Shown: in pieces, positions 13,101 to 21,300 of the stretch
Numbering within the stretch: the stretch's first letter is position 1
Layout: each line of letters begins with the position of its first letter
Program-made: the position numbers and the translations under genes
DNA from: a virus
Strand: one strand, 5' to 3'
Virus record (IMG/VR): IMGVR_UViG_3300033146_000244
Coordinates: 1 to 64,000 of that record
Length of the DNA stretch: 64,000 nucleotides
The notes under the pieces: generated by a model
Told to the model about the DNA's origin: nothing
Seen by the model: the letters and a program-made list of their open reading frames with translations, nothing else
Database searches by the model: none

Positions 13101-16100
13101 GAGATAGGAAGAGATGGCTACAGAATACAGCAAGAGGAGCCAGCTACAATACACACACAGACAGTAACTGTTACACAAGCTAATAAGTTAGTAACAAGCG
13201 GACTTATGACTATGTTTGGTGATATGAGCCATTGGACTGGTGGTAACTTACGTGGGTTTAAATATAAAGGATTAGACAATCCCACTATAGCAGATTTAGA
13301 TAAGTTAAAACAGGATATAAAAAGTACATTATCCACAAGTGGTACTGTAGATTTAGCAGATAGACTCGGTATGGATATTATATATGATGAAGACGGTGGC
13401 ATAGTTAGTATGCAAATTAAGGATATGTCTAAGTTAGTAGAATTAGTTAAAAAAGAGATGGCAGATGGCTACCCATTATCAGATATAGAAGCAATGAAAC
13501 TAACAGATGATGGTAAAGATATAGTGCTACCAATAGCATTTCAAGGAAACGGTCAAAGGATAGAAGCACTTATAAATTCTGTTATTACTAGTGAAGTAGT
13601 TAAAACTAAAATGCCAGGTAGGTCGTATGTACAAGCAGGTGCTAATGGTGTAACTACTATAGCAGATATGAGTGCAGGTGCATTGAATGATGTTGTAACA
13701 ACTAGTGTATATGACGGTACAGGATTAGCATATGTGAAACCAGGTGAATTTAATAAAGCAACTGGAGAAGTATCTAGTGATACAACTTATGCACAATGCT
13801 TTGTACCTTTTAATATAAAAGCACCAGATGGAACACTCTATAAGATAGAGGACTTTGTAGATGAGGTAGATGGTAAGAAAGTACTTAACAGAGATAGATT
13901 ACCTGATGAACTGCTTAAGCTAATAGGATTACGTATTCCTAATCAAGGACATAGTAGTATGTTAATACTAGAGATAGCTGGGTTCTTACCAAGTTACATG
14001 CACGACAGTATTATAGTACCACCAGAGATTACAGCGCAGCAGGGTTCAGATTTTGACTTTGACCACTTGTACGCATATAGTTATAATACTACTAACAAGC
14101 TAGTAGATATAGCTAGCGTTAGAAATGAATGGAGGAGGCTTGTTGAAAATGAGGAGCATCTTGATATGCTCACTGATGATGAATATAACGAATATATAGA
14201 CAAAGTAGAAAGATTAGAAGAACTGGAAGATAAGGTTAAGAGGTTACGTACTTCAATAGAAGTACTATATAACAATACCGCAGAGTATAAACAATACGTA
14301 GAAGATGTAGATAACTTTTACAATAAGTACTCAGATGGTAATATAGCTATGCTGTTAAGTGAAGAGGTTAATGCTTTCACAGAAGAGGGTAAAAAACTGT
14401 TATCAGAGCTGATAAGTAATAAAGAGTTATATGCCTTTGACAAACTTACGTTAGACGAAGTAGAAGCTGCATACGGTAAAGAGTACGTTATAGTACGTGA
14501 TGTTTTAAAAGACTACTCAACTGAATGGAGAAAATTACATAACGATAAAGCAGAAGAAACTAGATTATCTGCATACAAAGAACTATTATCAAAAGAAAAG
14601 CAAGCTAACTACGATGCTATAAAAGAAGAGCTAGATGAACAGATAAGTTCTCTTAGCGATGTAATTGAATATAGAGATAATATAGAAAGTAAGTTACGTG
14701 GGCAGTATATGGCAGGTACTTATTCAAATGGCAAGAACGTCAAATTAGCTAAGGTAGAACACGATGTAACAGACTTAAAGAATCAGACGAAAGAACAACT
14801 GCAGAATGCTTACGTAGATGTGTTTCATAGCATACTAAGTCACCCTTACGTAGCAGAGAAGATGCTAATGCAGCTAGACTTACCGTATCTAAAGAGAGAA
14901 GCAGATAAGATGCAAGAAGTACTACATAGTAAGTTAGCAGGTAAAGACTCTTTTAATCCTATGGGTAGTGCATTTGCATTAGATATGTATAGAGCAAACC
15001 AAGCAGGTAAAATGGGTGTAGCGATAGAGAGTGTTGCATCTACATTCTTTGCTATGGTAGAGAATTATACGTTACCAATACATGATACCATAAAGGGTGG
15101 CAAAACGTCAATCAGGTTTGGTACAGACAGTAACTTGAAATCACTGGATAGGATAGGTTTAGGGTACTATGTTAATGATAAAGGTATTCGTATAACTAAT
15201 GCAGATGTAATAGCGATGTTACAAAATGAAGCAGTGGATAATGCTAATAACTTAAATTTAGCACCTATAAACTACACTAGCGATACAGCAGCTATGTACA
15301 ACATGTTAGCAATGCTTACTAATGATACTGGACAATGTTTATCAATAGAGTATCTTGTGAGGTTTATGAACCAAGAGATAGTAAGAGAGTATATAGAAGC
15401 ACTATCAGAGAAGAAGAGTACGGTAGCTGAGTTTGAAGAAGGTGGTGCAGAAGCAGTTGTTGAAAGATTGCGAGATAAGTATCGTAAGCGTGGTAAGATA
15501 GAAAAGGATGCTGTTATAGATACTATAGACTATGATGAAGCTAGTATGTTATCAATGTTAGAACAGTATGCAGATGGTTCAAATAGTAAGAGTTACATAG
15601 AAGCGCAACTCCAGATACTAGATGACTTTGTAGAACTAACAGAAAACTATGTTAATCCAGCTAACCTAGTAATATCTGCTCTAAATGGTATAGATACTAA
15701 AGGACTAGGTAAAGATATGTTTGAGGTAATAGCAAAAGATGCTAAGATAAAAGAGTATGTACTTAAGAGTAAAGTATTGCCAGGTATAGCTAAGGTGCTA
15801 AACAGTGATACAGAGATGGGAACACTATATAAAAATAGTATAACGTTAGCTAGTAAGCTGTACAATCAAGCATTTGACAAAGCCCCTATATTACCATACA
15901 ATACTCTTGTAGTTAAAAATGTGTTTGAGGAAGTTGGAATGGCTGTAGATAAGGAAATGCTATCAGCTGATGACTTAAGAGATACGTGGCGTAACTTAAA
16001 AAGTTTTATCATAAGTAAGAACTACGCAGAGAGTTTTGTAGGTTATGATATAGAAGCAGAGAGAAAACGGTTACTTATAGGTGATGCTAAGAATCCTTCA

Positions 16101-18305
16101 TTTGCAGAACAGGTTAGAAACTTAAGAGGGTATGAGTGGTTTAAAGGTAATAGATTTTTAGTAGATGGTGTAAATGAATTACACGCTAACGATAAAGGGG
16201 GTAAAGACAGGGAGATGTACCCTATAATAAGTAATGGTAAAAAGAAACTTATAAAAGAGACTGTACAATATAAATCAAATCATGTTAATCCAATAGGAGT
16301 TGAGTATTATGTAGGTAGTAAAGCTAGAAATGATGACTATAAGAATACAGCTGCAATACTAACGTTAATACAAGAAGCAACAGCAGAAAAAGCTATGCTA
16401 GCTGAGTCGTATGATAGCGAAGGGGTAACTACCTATAGTCTTAGAGATATACGTGATATAAATAACAAGTATAGATTTGTACAAGATTTAGTATCGTATG
16501 CTATCCTCACTAATGGCATACAAGGTGCACGTAACTGGGTTAAGTACATACCAGTACCTTATTTAGAAGCACTTGGGTATAACAGGTCTATAAGGAATAT
16601 CAACTTTAATAATATACAAAATTTCAACGATAAGTATAATACAGACACTTTCGTTAGACAGTACTATCAACATAACCCTAAGAAAGCTAAAACATTTAAA
16701 GAAGTAGTAACTAATGATAAAAACAGTAAGTATAGGACAGTAGTAACATTAGCTATACCAGGCAGTGAAAATAATATAAATGACAACTTAGTAACAGGTA
16801 ACGAACAAAAGGGATTTAAGTACCCTAAATATATAAAGAGATATAATCTTAGTGCTAATAGCTATGAGCTATATGAACGTAAGGGTGCAGACAGGTTTAT
16901 TAGAATAGATGTACTTGAGATAGAAAATAATGCAGGTATAAAACAGTATAATCCAGATGTAGCGGTAGTAAGTAGCTTAGCTCATAAGGATAGGGTATCA
17001 AAAAGTCAATTCACTGATGCGCTATCTGAAAATAGATTTACACGTAAAGCAGAAGAAGCTAGATTAAATAAGGTATCAAGGCTATATAATGAAAGACCTT
17101 TCATTACTGGGCAAGGTAACAAGATGCAGTTGAAAGAATATATAGATATAAGAGCTAAGAGCGATATGGCTTATAATGGTGTAGCTAAAATGATAAGTAA
17201 ACTATGGGACACGCTAGGAGATTTTGAACTTACAATAGGTAAAGAACAAGCTATAGGTATGACAACATTTCTAGATAATGGTAGGTTAAAAAGTTTAGAT
17301 ATAAACCTAGCACAGTTTAATACAGTTAAGCAAAAGAAAGCAGCTGGTAAACAAGTAAAAGAAGCAGATGAAGTATTACACCATGAGTTACTACATGGGA
17401 TACTCTATAAGCATATTAGGCAGTATGAGAACGGTGTATTAAAAGAAGGTAAGATATTTGATACTATAGATGGCATTAAGAAGTTGATGGATACATTAAG
17501 AGAAGAGAAAGGACAAGAGTACCTAGACTTTGAATCTAAAGCATTTGCTAATACTGTAAAGAAATCATCTGATGTAGATGCTATGGGAGGTTTACTGGAT
17601 ATACATGAGTTCTATAGCTATGGACTCACTAACAGAGTATTCCAAGAATATCTAAACTCAGTTAAAAGAACTGATGGCAAGAAGGGTACTATGCTGGAGC
17701 AGTTTATTGATATGGTAGTAGAACTAACTAGAGATATAGCAACTTCATTAGGAATACGCATTAAAGAAGATAGTGCTTTACGACAGTTGATAGAAAGTAG
17801 TATTGAATTGACTAGTTACATAGAAGGTGCGGAAGATGCGGAAGATGTTACAGAGAATAACAATGCAGTAGATACTGATATAGTCAAAGGAAAGGTGCTT
17901 ACTGATAAGTTTGCTGATACAGCAGTATCACAAGCGAAGTCGCTAGCTGAGTTACTTAATGACCCAGACAGAACACAACAACGTAGTGATACAGACTACA
18001 TAGGTGGTAAACAGCGTGCCTTATCTACTAAAACAGCTACAGACATACTGCAAGAAAACAATATGCTATATGAAGATGGTACTATAAGACGTATGACTTT
18101 AAAGGATAGTAACTACAGGAAGCTATCAGATATAGCTAATAAAATAAACAGTGGTACAGATACCAGTGTAGCAAATGTAGTAAAGACAAAAAAAGGTAAG
18201 TATTATAGATACACTGTAGAGATTACAGATAACAGTATAGATGCCGATATACTATTGAATACAGCTATGCTTGACAAAAGTAGTATAGCTGATAGTGACT
18301 GTTAG
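4170..18305 (+). CDS. Virion RNA polymerase polyprotein (crAss-type) with C-terminal zincin-like domain
   Basis: 4711 aa. RIPNQGHSS followed by GSDFDFD (DFDFD at 14049-14063). HELLH at 17382-17396 with downstream HEFYSYGLTN. Gly/Ala-rich hydrophobic helices near the N-terminus. Confidence 0.9.
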   Translation: MPEDTKKPIPVKTDGKKEVAGYKPMSFKEYKEDSDKQARRRGALTTARQTVGNTLHRDINIDEYAKYMPIKGVVGDLEKSQLNDMRARGQSTLEQVGRTLNPVNRGKSIGLGLIKDLGYIMELPEIISGKSDFTNGLIEWAEKTKDKTVGKVYMENNGKVFDMANPAWYLTHGADLYDSMSEFLLLGAGIGSTVAKGTSLTIKGLNLVGNAAKIAKFSGNVLSSAALTYFDAANTATSAYKQTYSRLTSEINPRTGKLFTAEEAGQYAGDAAYSGFGTQLVVGTILNAPSIAPFFKTASSIKNKTAAEMLKAVKGETRAARIARLKELTLENEAVKKGLQKNARDGLAHKLPHEMAQEYFEEIGATWSEESGVDLGMYNAMGGNKKWYAGFAAIDRLGKVFFSAEGQLSGMLGIAGGAGQTIGMHYLTPGSLGYKRDKTGAIVYDDNDKPISVEKNTASYRRSWGFNGSKQRLFTEYDAFNAQRINVIKDLEYINATTEQIERLSGKTDKANLAQAEVLQDKLFSLSTAESLFNNRGENLIELYEQIGALDNKKLDEDGDTEAMRAGVTVQPDTKLYTSDHTSRASKLISDIKELNDEHSRVLERYDTEENNLYGVQKLLTQIAVASKRSEQTYNEARSKTAKAYKGASSKLSLQAKYEALKEHIAELKKESTLDKQIADNVQPEDLKLVAKDYITLEKQRHTTDDIINERLESYDAYIKVKEAELAKLNKQLVETTKESTEGATEILGLEETAPMVEASISEYMHDMNRQLNKKTLQYATKRSTVKKIRDNGQRIHDKAERSRRARKKKEDIVKNRAKTTEANKDTKSTNDNISAKERAFKEAEADKKAIELAEREQREAEEAIREEQEGAVIKNPEGVKTPPSVNVNVEAAVSDESRTDVVNIVSEEAEAIFKEVSADKGKYKKNYNTIKKVIAALLAKKAPLKSLLGNAVNADNYDKISVLDIPADSPEGDYKAKYIDYLKWKTAVEVNNAKEASKKANEEGESIEELQNRLVEVINDAIGTNKQKLLAVDMLANIGKFVELVQIASKLHAKTVGIELNVYTKEDLAIIYNMAVRLAKLEGSAKVRFHAQYTKAVASMATFEPVESNINAKAVEALTDNLGLDGKYKSISTGETTLKPYNDEAISTSEEVAAEVIADNSTETKLWAKVYNVFASIAYKIQASKEMVNRERGNTYHVNTETVKNLAAIDTLYTGDSVSINIDTEYDGDVMMPDGTMRSWSIVKDELSIVAIVKADDTSYIGNIPLVITNSDGKVVGHIRTTAWLDKRRGNLQEGIDADKEIEKLISLRRGILAKGGAKTTITKIGTGVINRQHEGKRTTVTKAITNKAIKIIVGSNKNFVHKKGSTVSITNSRWFSKFGFNGGTALHIPMANGEYHAIPVANQTLGTSGHNSTIVALIQLYVSGDKKAISEYSKKIQVDIAKKGTLEKLIKMFIYTESFNSDTMEAENAKNGKDRRTQSMFGITKEGNIRFANIRDVVGGKNSLYEITRNGNVLVDGRPSKEVSLDKALNILEGYLINRRMNTSLEHLGKDSAIAIPVIEDGKLSSKKYTSYSEFLKNHLETDMVERIGEDKDGNVKFSYTIQQTTEFSTELEGIGEETDLEGDDDTIWNNFVDTGKLPRTKIEEIANKIINGSTLSEKELSMRTTYAKDIEIILEQTKSNEEVDKVVSAAETGKVDKTTKEVVIDSKQLREDVTNAIKRQQARKLQNGDIAILRANKDLVATIKKELGVGSKRTKRASRVKKAMAVASYEKITDTIKVAVDSLTIKGLTPIQQASMVDALIATMTRHIEGDWNRESVSIELEELYKDYVGNANVLNALLEERNEDTLFEESELDVIWDMDAQQISEFYARRSASTKTLKTWQAHYNLLSQEDVFKDVMTKVFEGLAARKIKIVMTESSQVEDAEDGGNDMTDEEKIVNKWEIQSASVDTLLRTSAKFKSLLASVPNYKYVMEDGKVKLVDGDPVFEETLNFMGEILPKDDVELKKILTEFLHKHATDKPGEKFDNMIRSMKSTDNPAYVYHFAQMLENAEDADKSALVGIMSVQKTNASILVWKKNKVTYDYANKRKLPENEQYYEFGMYLRDSSKPQEYDTLKNNWLNGQGTAMLDNKLIVADETGALIVKGSRVVWWSKLYNEGVKTYKTRYPDSKEDYAMSAEDFRMLLNEIGINYSKVDLENLMNIEHDAVLLQQFNASLSESQRIEKYSDMFKRGGMVDYMIRQMSSHEKSMYLEESNPIGNITSGTITALATAQINSIGGFGTSTYVNGEGNTEQSYSMNTMLGHRVAVLSKTEKGADGSVIISEELESLLDPSMDMTGTYVEDGIEKHKSYWGKLMKEGLGSKFSTGKSDSVKKGGAGNKGVSRTKATMFELIIDQIARFTKNGHDTAEFMPLAFSDKATQPTITAPKISGIVDNAFLMSDNKNVPVLTDEYREHVWNYMIKPEIDRINNHANRVHKGSITEYSVGGQYFTGGFLFQFSPYLNNASVMKGVDGIRTEIGGIDMSNPATKEVLTDIVSKVIEKAALDKATKMREAGMLVKEKTYSTLPLLNKDGKHVRGKTIRQETGTKWVLRFVDKSYLKNMPEEYTNPQKLAALALDFEFNNTMATVEYVKNIGGDAANVYATKGLEIKVDGKKERFVATDYVGEGKDNFRMVLDKYGHLLETQLKKQWGSYVKRLASNIAPGTDLMWRDSFGRKFDKSLQAYIKDPKLARYNKLYKEIFNLDGYDSTEGGDALNYSTLRESIIVQHGSTKITDASYIATMDEYDRVDDINLALVAKHTDNGKIDVETVLEAILEEWTSINLKDKVFTELKDAVRVAPLKPVIVNHEVRKDEGRTATKYVKIATLPLVEGLTKNTRLDYLRKMMELRELLSKDKETGSIKAVNVTYTSGVKFGAQRVGSIFQEHTEDSIAKLSKNLKKGSDVVDEHGNIVKVGSPVVDENGNPIEDIQGINALHFEEIGRDGYRIQQEEPATIHTQTVTVTQANKLVTSGLMTMFGDMSHWTGGNLRGFKYKGLDNPTIADLDKLKQDIKSTLSTSGTVDLADRLGMDIIYDEDGGIVSMQIKDMSKLVELVKKEMADGYPLSDIEAMKLTDDGKDIVLPIAFQGNGQRIEALINSVITSEVVKTKMPGRSYVQAGANGVTTIADMSAGALNDVVTTSVYDGTGLAYVKPGEFNKATGEVSSDTTYAQCFVPFNIKAPDGTLYKIEDFVDEVDGKKVLNRDRLPDELLKLIGLRIPNQGHSSMLILEIAGFLPSYMHDSIIVPPEITAQQGSDFDFDHLYAYSYNTTNKLVDIASVRNEWRRLVENEEHLDMLTDDEYNEYIDKVERLEELEDKVKRLRTSIEVLYNNTAEYKQYVEDVDNFYNKYSDGNIAMLLSEEVNAFTEEGKKLLSELISNKELYAFDKLTLDEVEAAYGKEYVIVRDVLKDYSTEWRKLHNDKAEETRLSAYKELLSKEKQANYDAIKEELDEQISSLSDVIEYRDNIESKLRGQYMAGTYSNGKNVKLAKVEHDVTDLKNQTKEQLQNAYVDVFHSILSHPYVAEKMLMQLDLPYLKREADKMQEVLHSKLAGKDSFNPMGSAFALDMYRANQAGKMGVAIESVASTFFAMVENYTLPIHDTIKGGKTSIRFGTDSNLKSLDRIGLGYYVNDKGIRITNADVIAMLQNEAVDNANNLNLAPINYTSDTAAMYNMLAMLTNDTGQCLSIEYLVRFMNQEIVREYIEALSEKKSTVAEFEEGGAEAVVERLRDKYRKRGKIEKDAVIDTIDYDEASMLSMLEQYADGSNSKSYIEAQLQILDDFVELTENYVNPANLVISALNGIDTKGLGKDMFEVIAKDAKIKEYVLKSKVLPGIAKVLNSDTEMGTLYKNSITLASKLYNQAFDKAPILPYNTLVVKNVFEEVGMAVDKEMLSADDLRDTWRNLKSFIISKNYAESFVGYDIEAERKRLLIGDAKNPSFAEQVRNLRGYEWFKGNRFLVDGVNELHANDKGGKDREMYPIISNGKKKLIKETVQYKSNHVNPIGVEYYVGSKARNDDYKNTAAILTLIQEATAEKAMLAESYDSEGVTTYSLRDIRDINNKYRFVQDLVSYAILTNGIQGARNWVKYIPVPYLEALGYNRSIRNINFNNIQNFNDKYNTDTFVRQYYQHNPKKAKTFKEVVTNDKNSKYRTVVTLAIPGSENNINDNLVTGNEQKGFKYPKYIKRYNLSANSYELYERKGADRFIRIDVLEIENNAGIKQYNPDVAVVSSLAHKDRVSKSQFTDALSENRFTRKAEEARLNKVSRLYNERPFITGQGNKMQLKEYIDIRAKSDMAYNGVAKMISKLWDTLGDFELTIGKEQAIGMTTFLDNGRLKSLDINLAQFNTVKQKKAAGKQVKEADEVLHHELLHGILYKHIRQYENGVLKEGKIFDTIDGIKKLMDTLREEKGQEYLDFESKAFANTVKKSSDVDAMGGLLDIHEFYSYGLTNRVFQEYLNSVKRTDGKKGTMLEQFIDMVVELTRDIATSLGIRIKEDSALRQLIESSIELTSYIEGAEDAEDVTENNNAVDTDIVKGKVLTDKFADTAVSQAKSLAELLNDPDRTQQRSDTDYIGGKQRALSTKTATDILQENNMLYEDGTIRRMTLKDSNYRKLSDIANKINSGTDTSVANVVKTKKGKYYRYTVEITDNSIDADILLNTAMLDKSSIADSDC
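6816..6854 (+). repeat. Dispersed motif copy 1
   Basis: CCCCCCAGTGTAAAT (6816-6830), 13 nt, then CTGCGGTTTCC. In the vRNAP gene, encoding TPPSVN. Confidence 0.85.
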
Positions 18306-18314
18306 TTAATAAAC

Positions 18315-18337
18315 AACCCTGTCTATAAGGCAGGGTT
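18315..18337 (+). terminator. Intergenic hairpin (weak terminator or processing stem)
   Basis: AACCCTGTC-TATAA-GGCAGGGTT; poor U-tract. Confidence 0.5.
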
Positions 18338-18353
18338 ATTAAAATAATATAAT

Positions 18354-21300
18354 ATGGGTTGCCCAAACAAACAACACCCTTTGTGGAAGAACATGGTACT
18401 TAAATTAGGAGAAGAATTAGCTTATAAAGTATATAAAGCTAATAGTGAGAAGTTACTATCAGTTAAGGAAGCAGAAGCAGTAGTAAAGAGAAGAGAAGAG
18501 CGTAGTATCAGTGATGAACAACTAGCCCCCAGTGTAAATGAGATTCCATTGACTGCGATTTCACACCCAGAAACTTACCACAGATACAACCTTACAAATA
18601 TAAAGAACGTTCAAAGACGTTTTAAAACAAATAGTGATTTAATAGCTACAATGCTAAACAATCTAAATAGGCTTAGTGGTCTAAAATTCACTAAAAGAGA
18701 AGTAAGTGAAACAGAGTCAGTCATAGATATTAGTAAAATAGAAGTAGCACAACAAGTCAATGTTGAGTATGCACTAGTTACAGAACCTATATTAGAAGAG
18801 GAAGAAGAGGAAGAAGAGGAGACAGAGAAGATAGTAGATACTAGTAAGGAGGCATTTGAGAAACTCGCTTTTACTACACAGCTGGCAATAAAAAAGGTAA
18901 GAGAAGTGAAAGCTGACTTAATAGCAAGGTCTAACAGAGATAATACATCTAAATCAGATATAAGAGATAGGTTAGATAAATTAGGTAGAGATGAAGCTGA
19001 CTTATTTCAGAATGATACGTTTATTACTGCTTTAGGTATAGCATCCGAAGCTATGGACAGATTAGAGATGGAACTTAGTAAGAACGTACAACTATCGGAT
19101 ACAGAGGTATCCTTAATGGGTAGAGAGCTCAGTACTTGGAAAACATTGTTAGATTGGATACAAGATGCAAAAAACAGTGACTATAGTGCTTTACACACTA
19201 AAGCAGTACAAGACAGTACTGAAGTATTACAAGGAAGGTACACTCGCATACACGCTGATATAATGAAGGTAACTGTAGAGAATACAAAGGCAGGGTACAA
19301 ACGAAAGATGCGTAAAGCCCCTAGTAAAGATTTTAGTACAGTTAGCGTAGAGATAAATAAAGCAAAAAGGTTTGCAGCTGATTTATCAAGAAGTGCTGAT
19401 AAGCTAGCACAATATATAGATACACTGCTTAAATCTAAGGATAGAAATACTGGTAATGTTATAGCTAAAATATTCAGTGTTATCAATGCTAAGATGACGG
19501 AAATGACCGATGCAGAAATAGACATAACAAGTAAGGAGTTTCAACGTAAGTACACAAATAGTGCGGGAGATGGGTTGGTAGATGAGTACAGCGAGCACTA
19601 TAGAGAACAGGTTAAAGCTCACGAGCACACTAGAATACGGATTAATAATTTAAAGTATGGTAAACAGCGTACTAAGCAGACAAAGAAGTTTAAAGAGTGG
19701 GAAAAGAATAATCTAATAACAGTAAACGCTTCTAAGGTGACAGGCTATAAAGCAGAAGTAACTGCCGAAGAGAGAGCTACACTAGAGAAGGAGGAACTAG
19801 ATAGACTAACTAGTATGTATGGCGCAGAGAAAGCCAGCCAGATGATAAAAAAAAGTAAAGAGCTGTATAAAGAATACTTAAAAGATAAGAAGATTAAGAT
19901 AGCTAGAATAGAAGAAGATGCTGAGGTTCATACAGAAGAAGGTAAACTACTAGAGGGTGATGCCAAGAAACAGTACATATATAATAGAACAAATTATTTT
20001 ATACGTGCTAATAACCCCTTATACTTAAATGAGTATCTCAGTGATAAGAAAAGTAACAGCTTTGTACATACAGGAGTATATAGCGTACAAGAGCCTATGC
20101 ACTATGAGAGTAATGACATACACTACGATAAGAGATTTAAGGAACTACAAAGTGATGAAGCAGCTATGGAGTTCTTAGATTGGTATAAAGCCACACTAGA
20201 TGCTTTAATTAGTAAGTTACCACAGAATATAGTAGATAAACTTGATAGTGCTTTCTTACCAGATGTGACTAAGAAGTTATCAGAAAAGTTGGTAGAAAAA
20301 GGGTTTAACGCTAAAGGTATATCAGATAGGATTATAGATTTGTTAAAGAGTGGAGAGTTTACTGAATTAGCTTTAGAGAGCATCACTGCTGATGGAGACC
20401 AATCATCATTCTTTGACAGTGCTAATAGGAAACAAAGACGTGTATTAGTGGCTAACCATAGAAACAAAGCTAAAGAGATTGGTATAGAGATAACCAAGTT
20501 AGAAGATGCTATAGAATTAAACACAGCTAAAGCAGCAGCTAAAACTAGAGAACTTGACAAATATATCAAATATGGCTTTGAGAATGACCCTGATGCCCTT
20601 GTGGCACGTGCAGAGTTAAATGTAATAAATAAGAAGATAGCGGAGGATACTGCTAAAATAGAGCCTTTAAAAGTAAAGAAAGATAAAGTAAAAGAAAATA
20701 AAAGTACTGACTTGTTTGGTATATTAAAAGCATTTGCTGTTATGGCTATATCGTATGAACAGAGTGCTGAAGTAGAAGATAGTGTATTACTAGCTAAGAG
20801 GGTAATGGACAATATAACACAGTATAAAGACCATAAAGGAGATTTGATAGAAGATGCTGACGGAGCAAAGAATATAAAAGCATTAGCTGAGTATACTATC
20901 AATAGTAGCTTATATGGCGAAACAAGGGTAGATAGAAAGACTACTAATATAGATGTAGTACTTAGCAAAGACGATAGAGTAGTTGCTAAAGCTGTAAAGA
21001 AGATAAAAATACAAGCATACGAAGATGAGGCTAATGGTATAATAACATCAAAGGAACGTCATAAAATAGTAGTAGAGCAGGACGCTAGGTACGAAGCACT
21101 TAATAAAGCTAAGTTAAGTTGGAGTAAAGTACTAGATTGGGTGTTAGCTTACACACAGTTAAAAGGATTAGGTTATAATCCCATATCGTCTTCTGTGAAC
21201 CTAGTATATGGGTTAATAATGAATCAGATGTATGCAGCATCACAGACAGATACGACACATAAGGATATGATGTGGGCATTTAAGATAATGTGGGGTGCAG

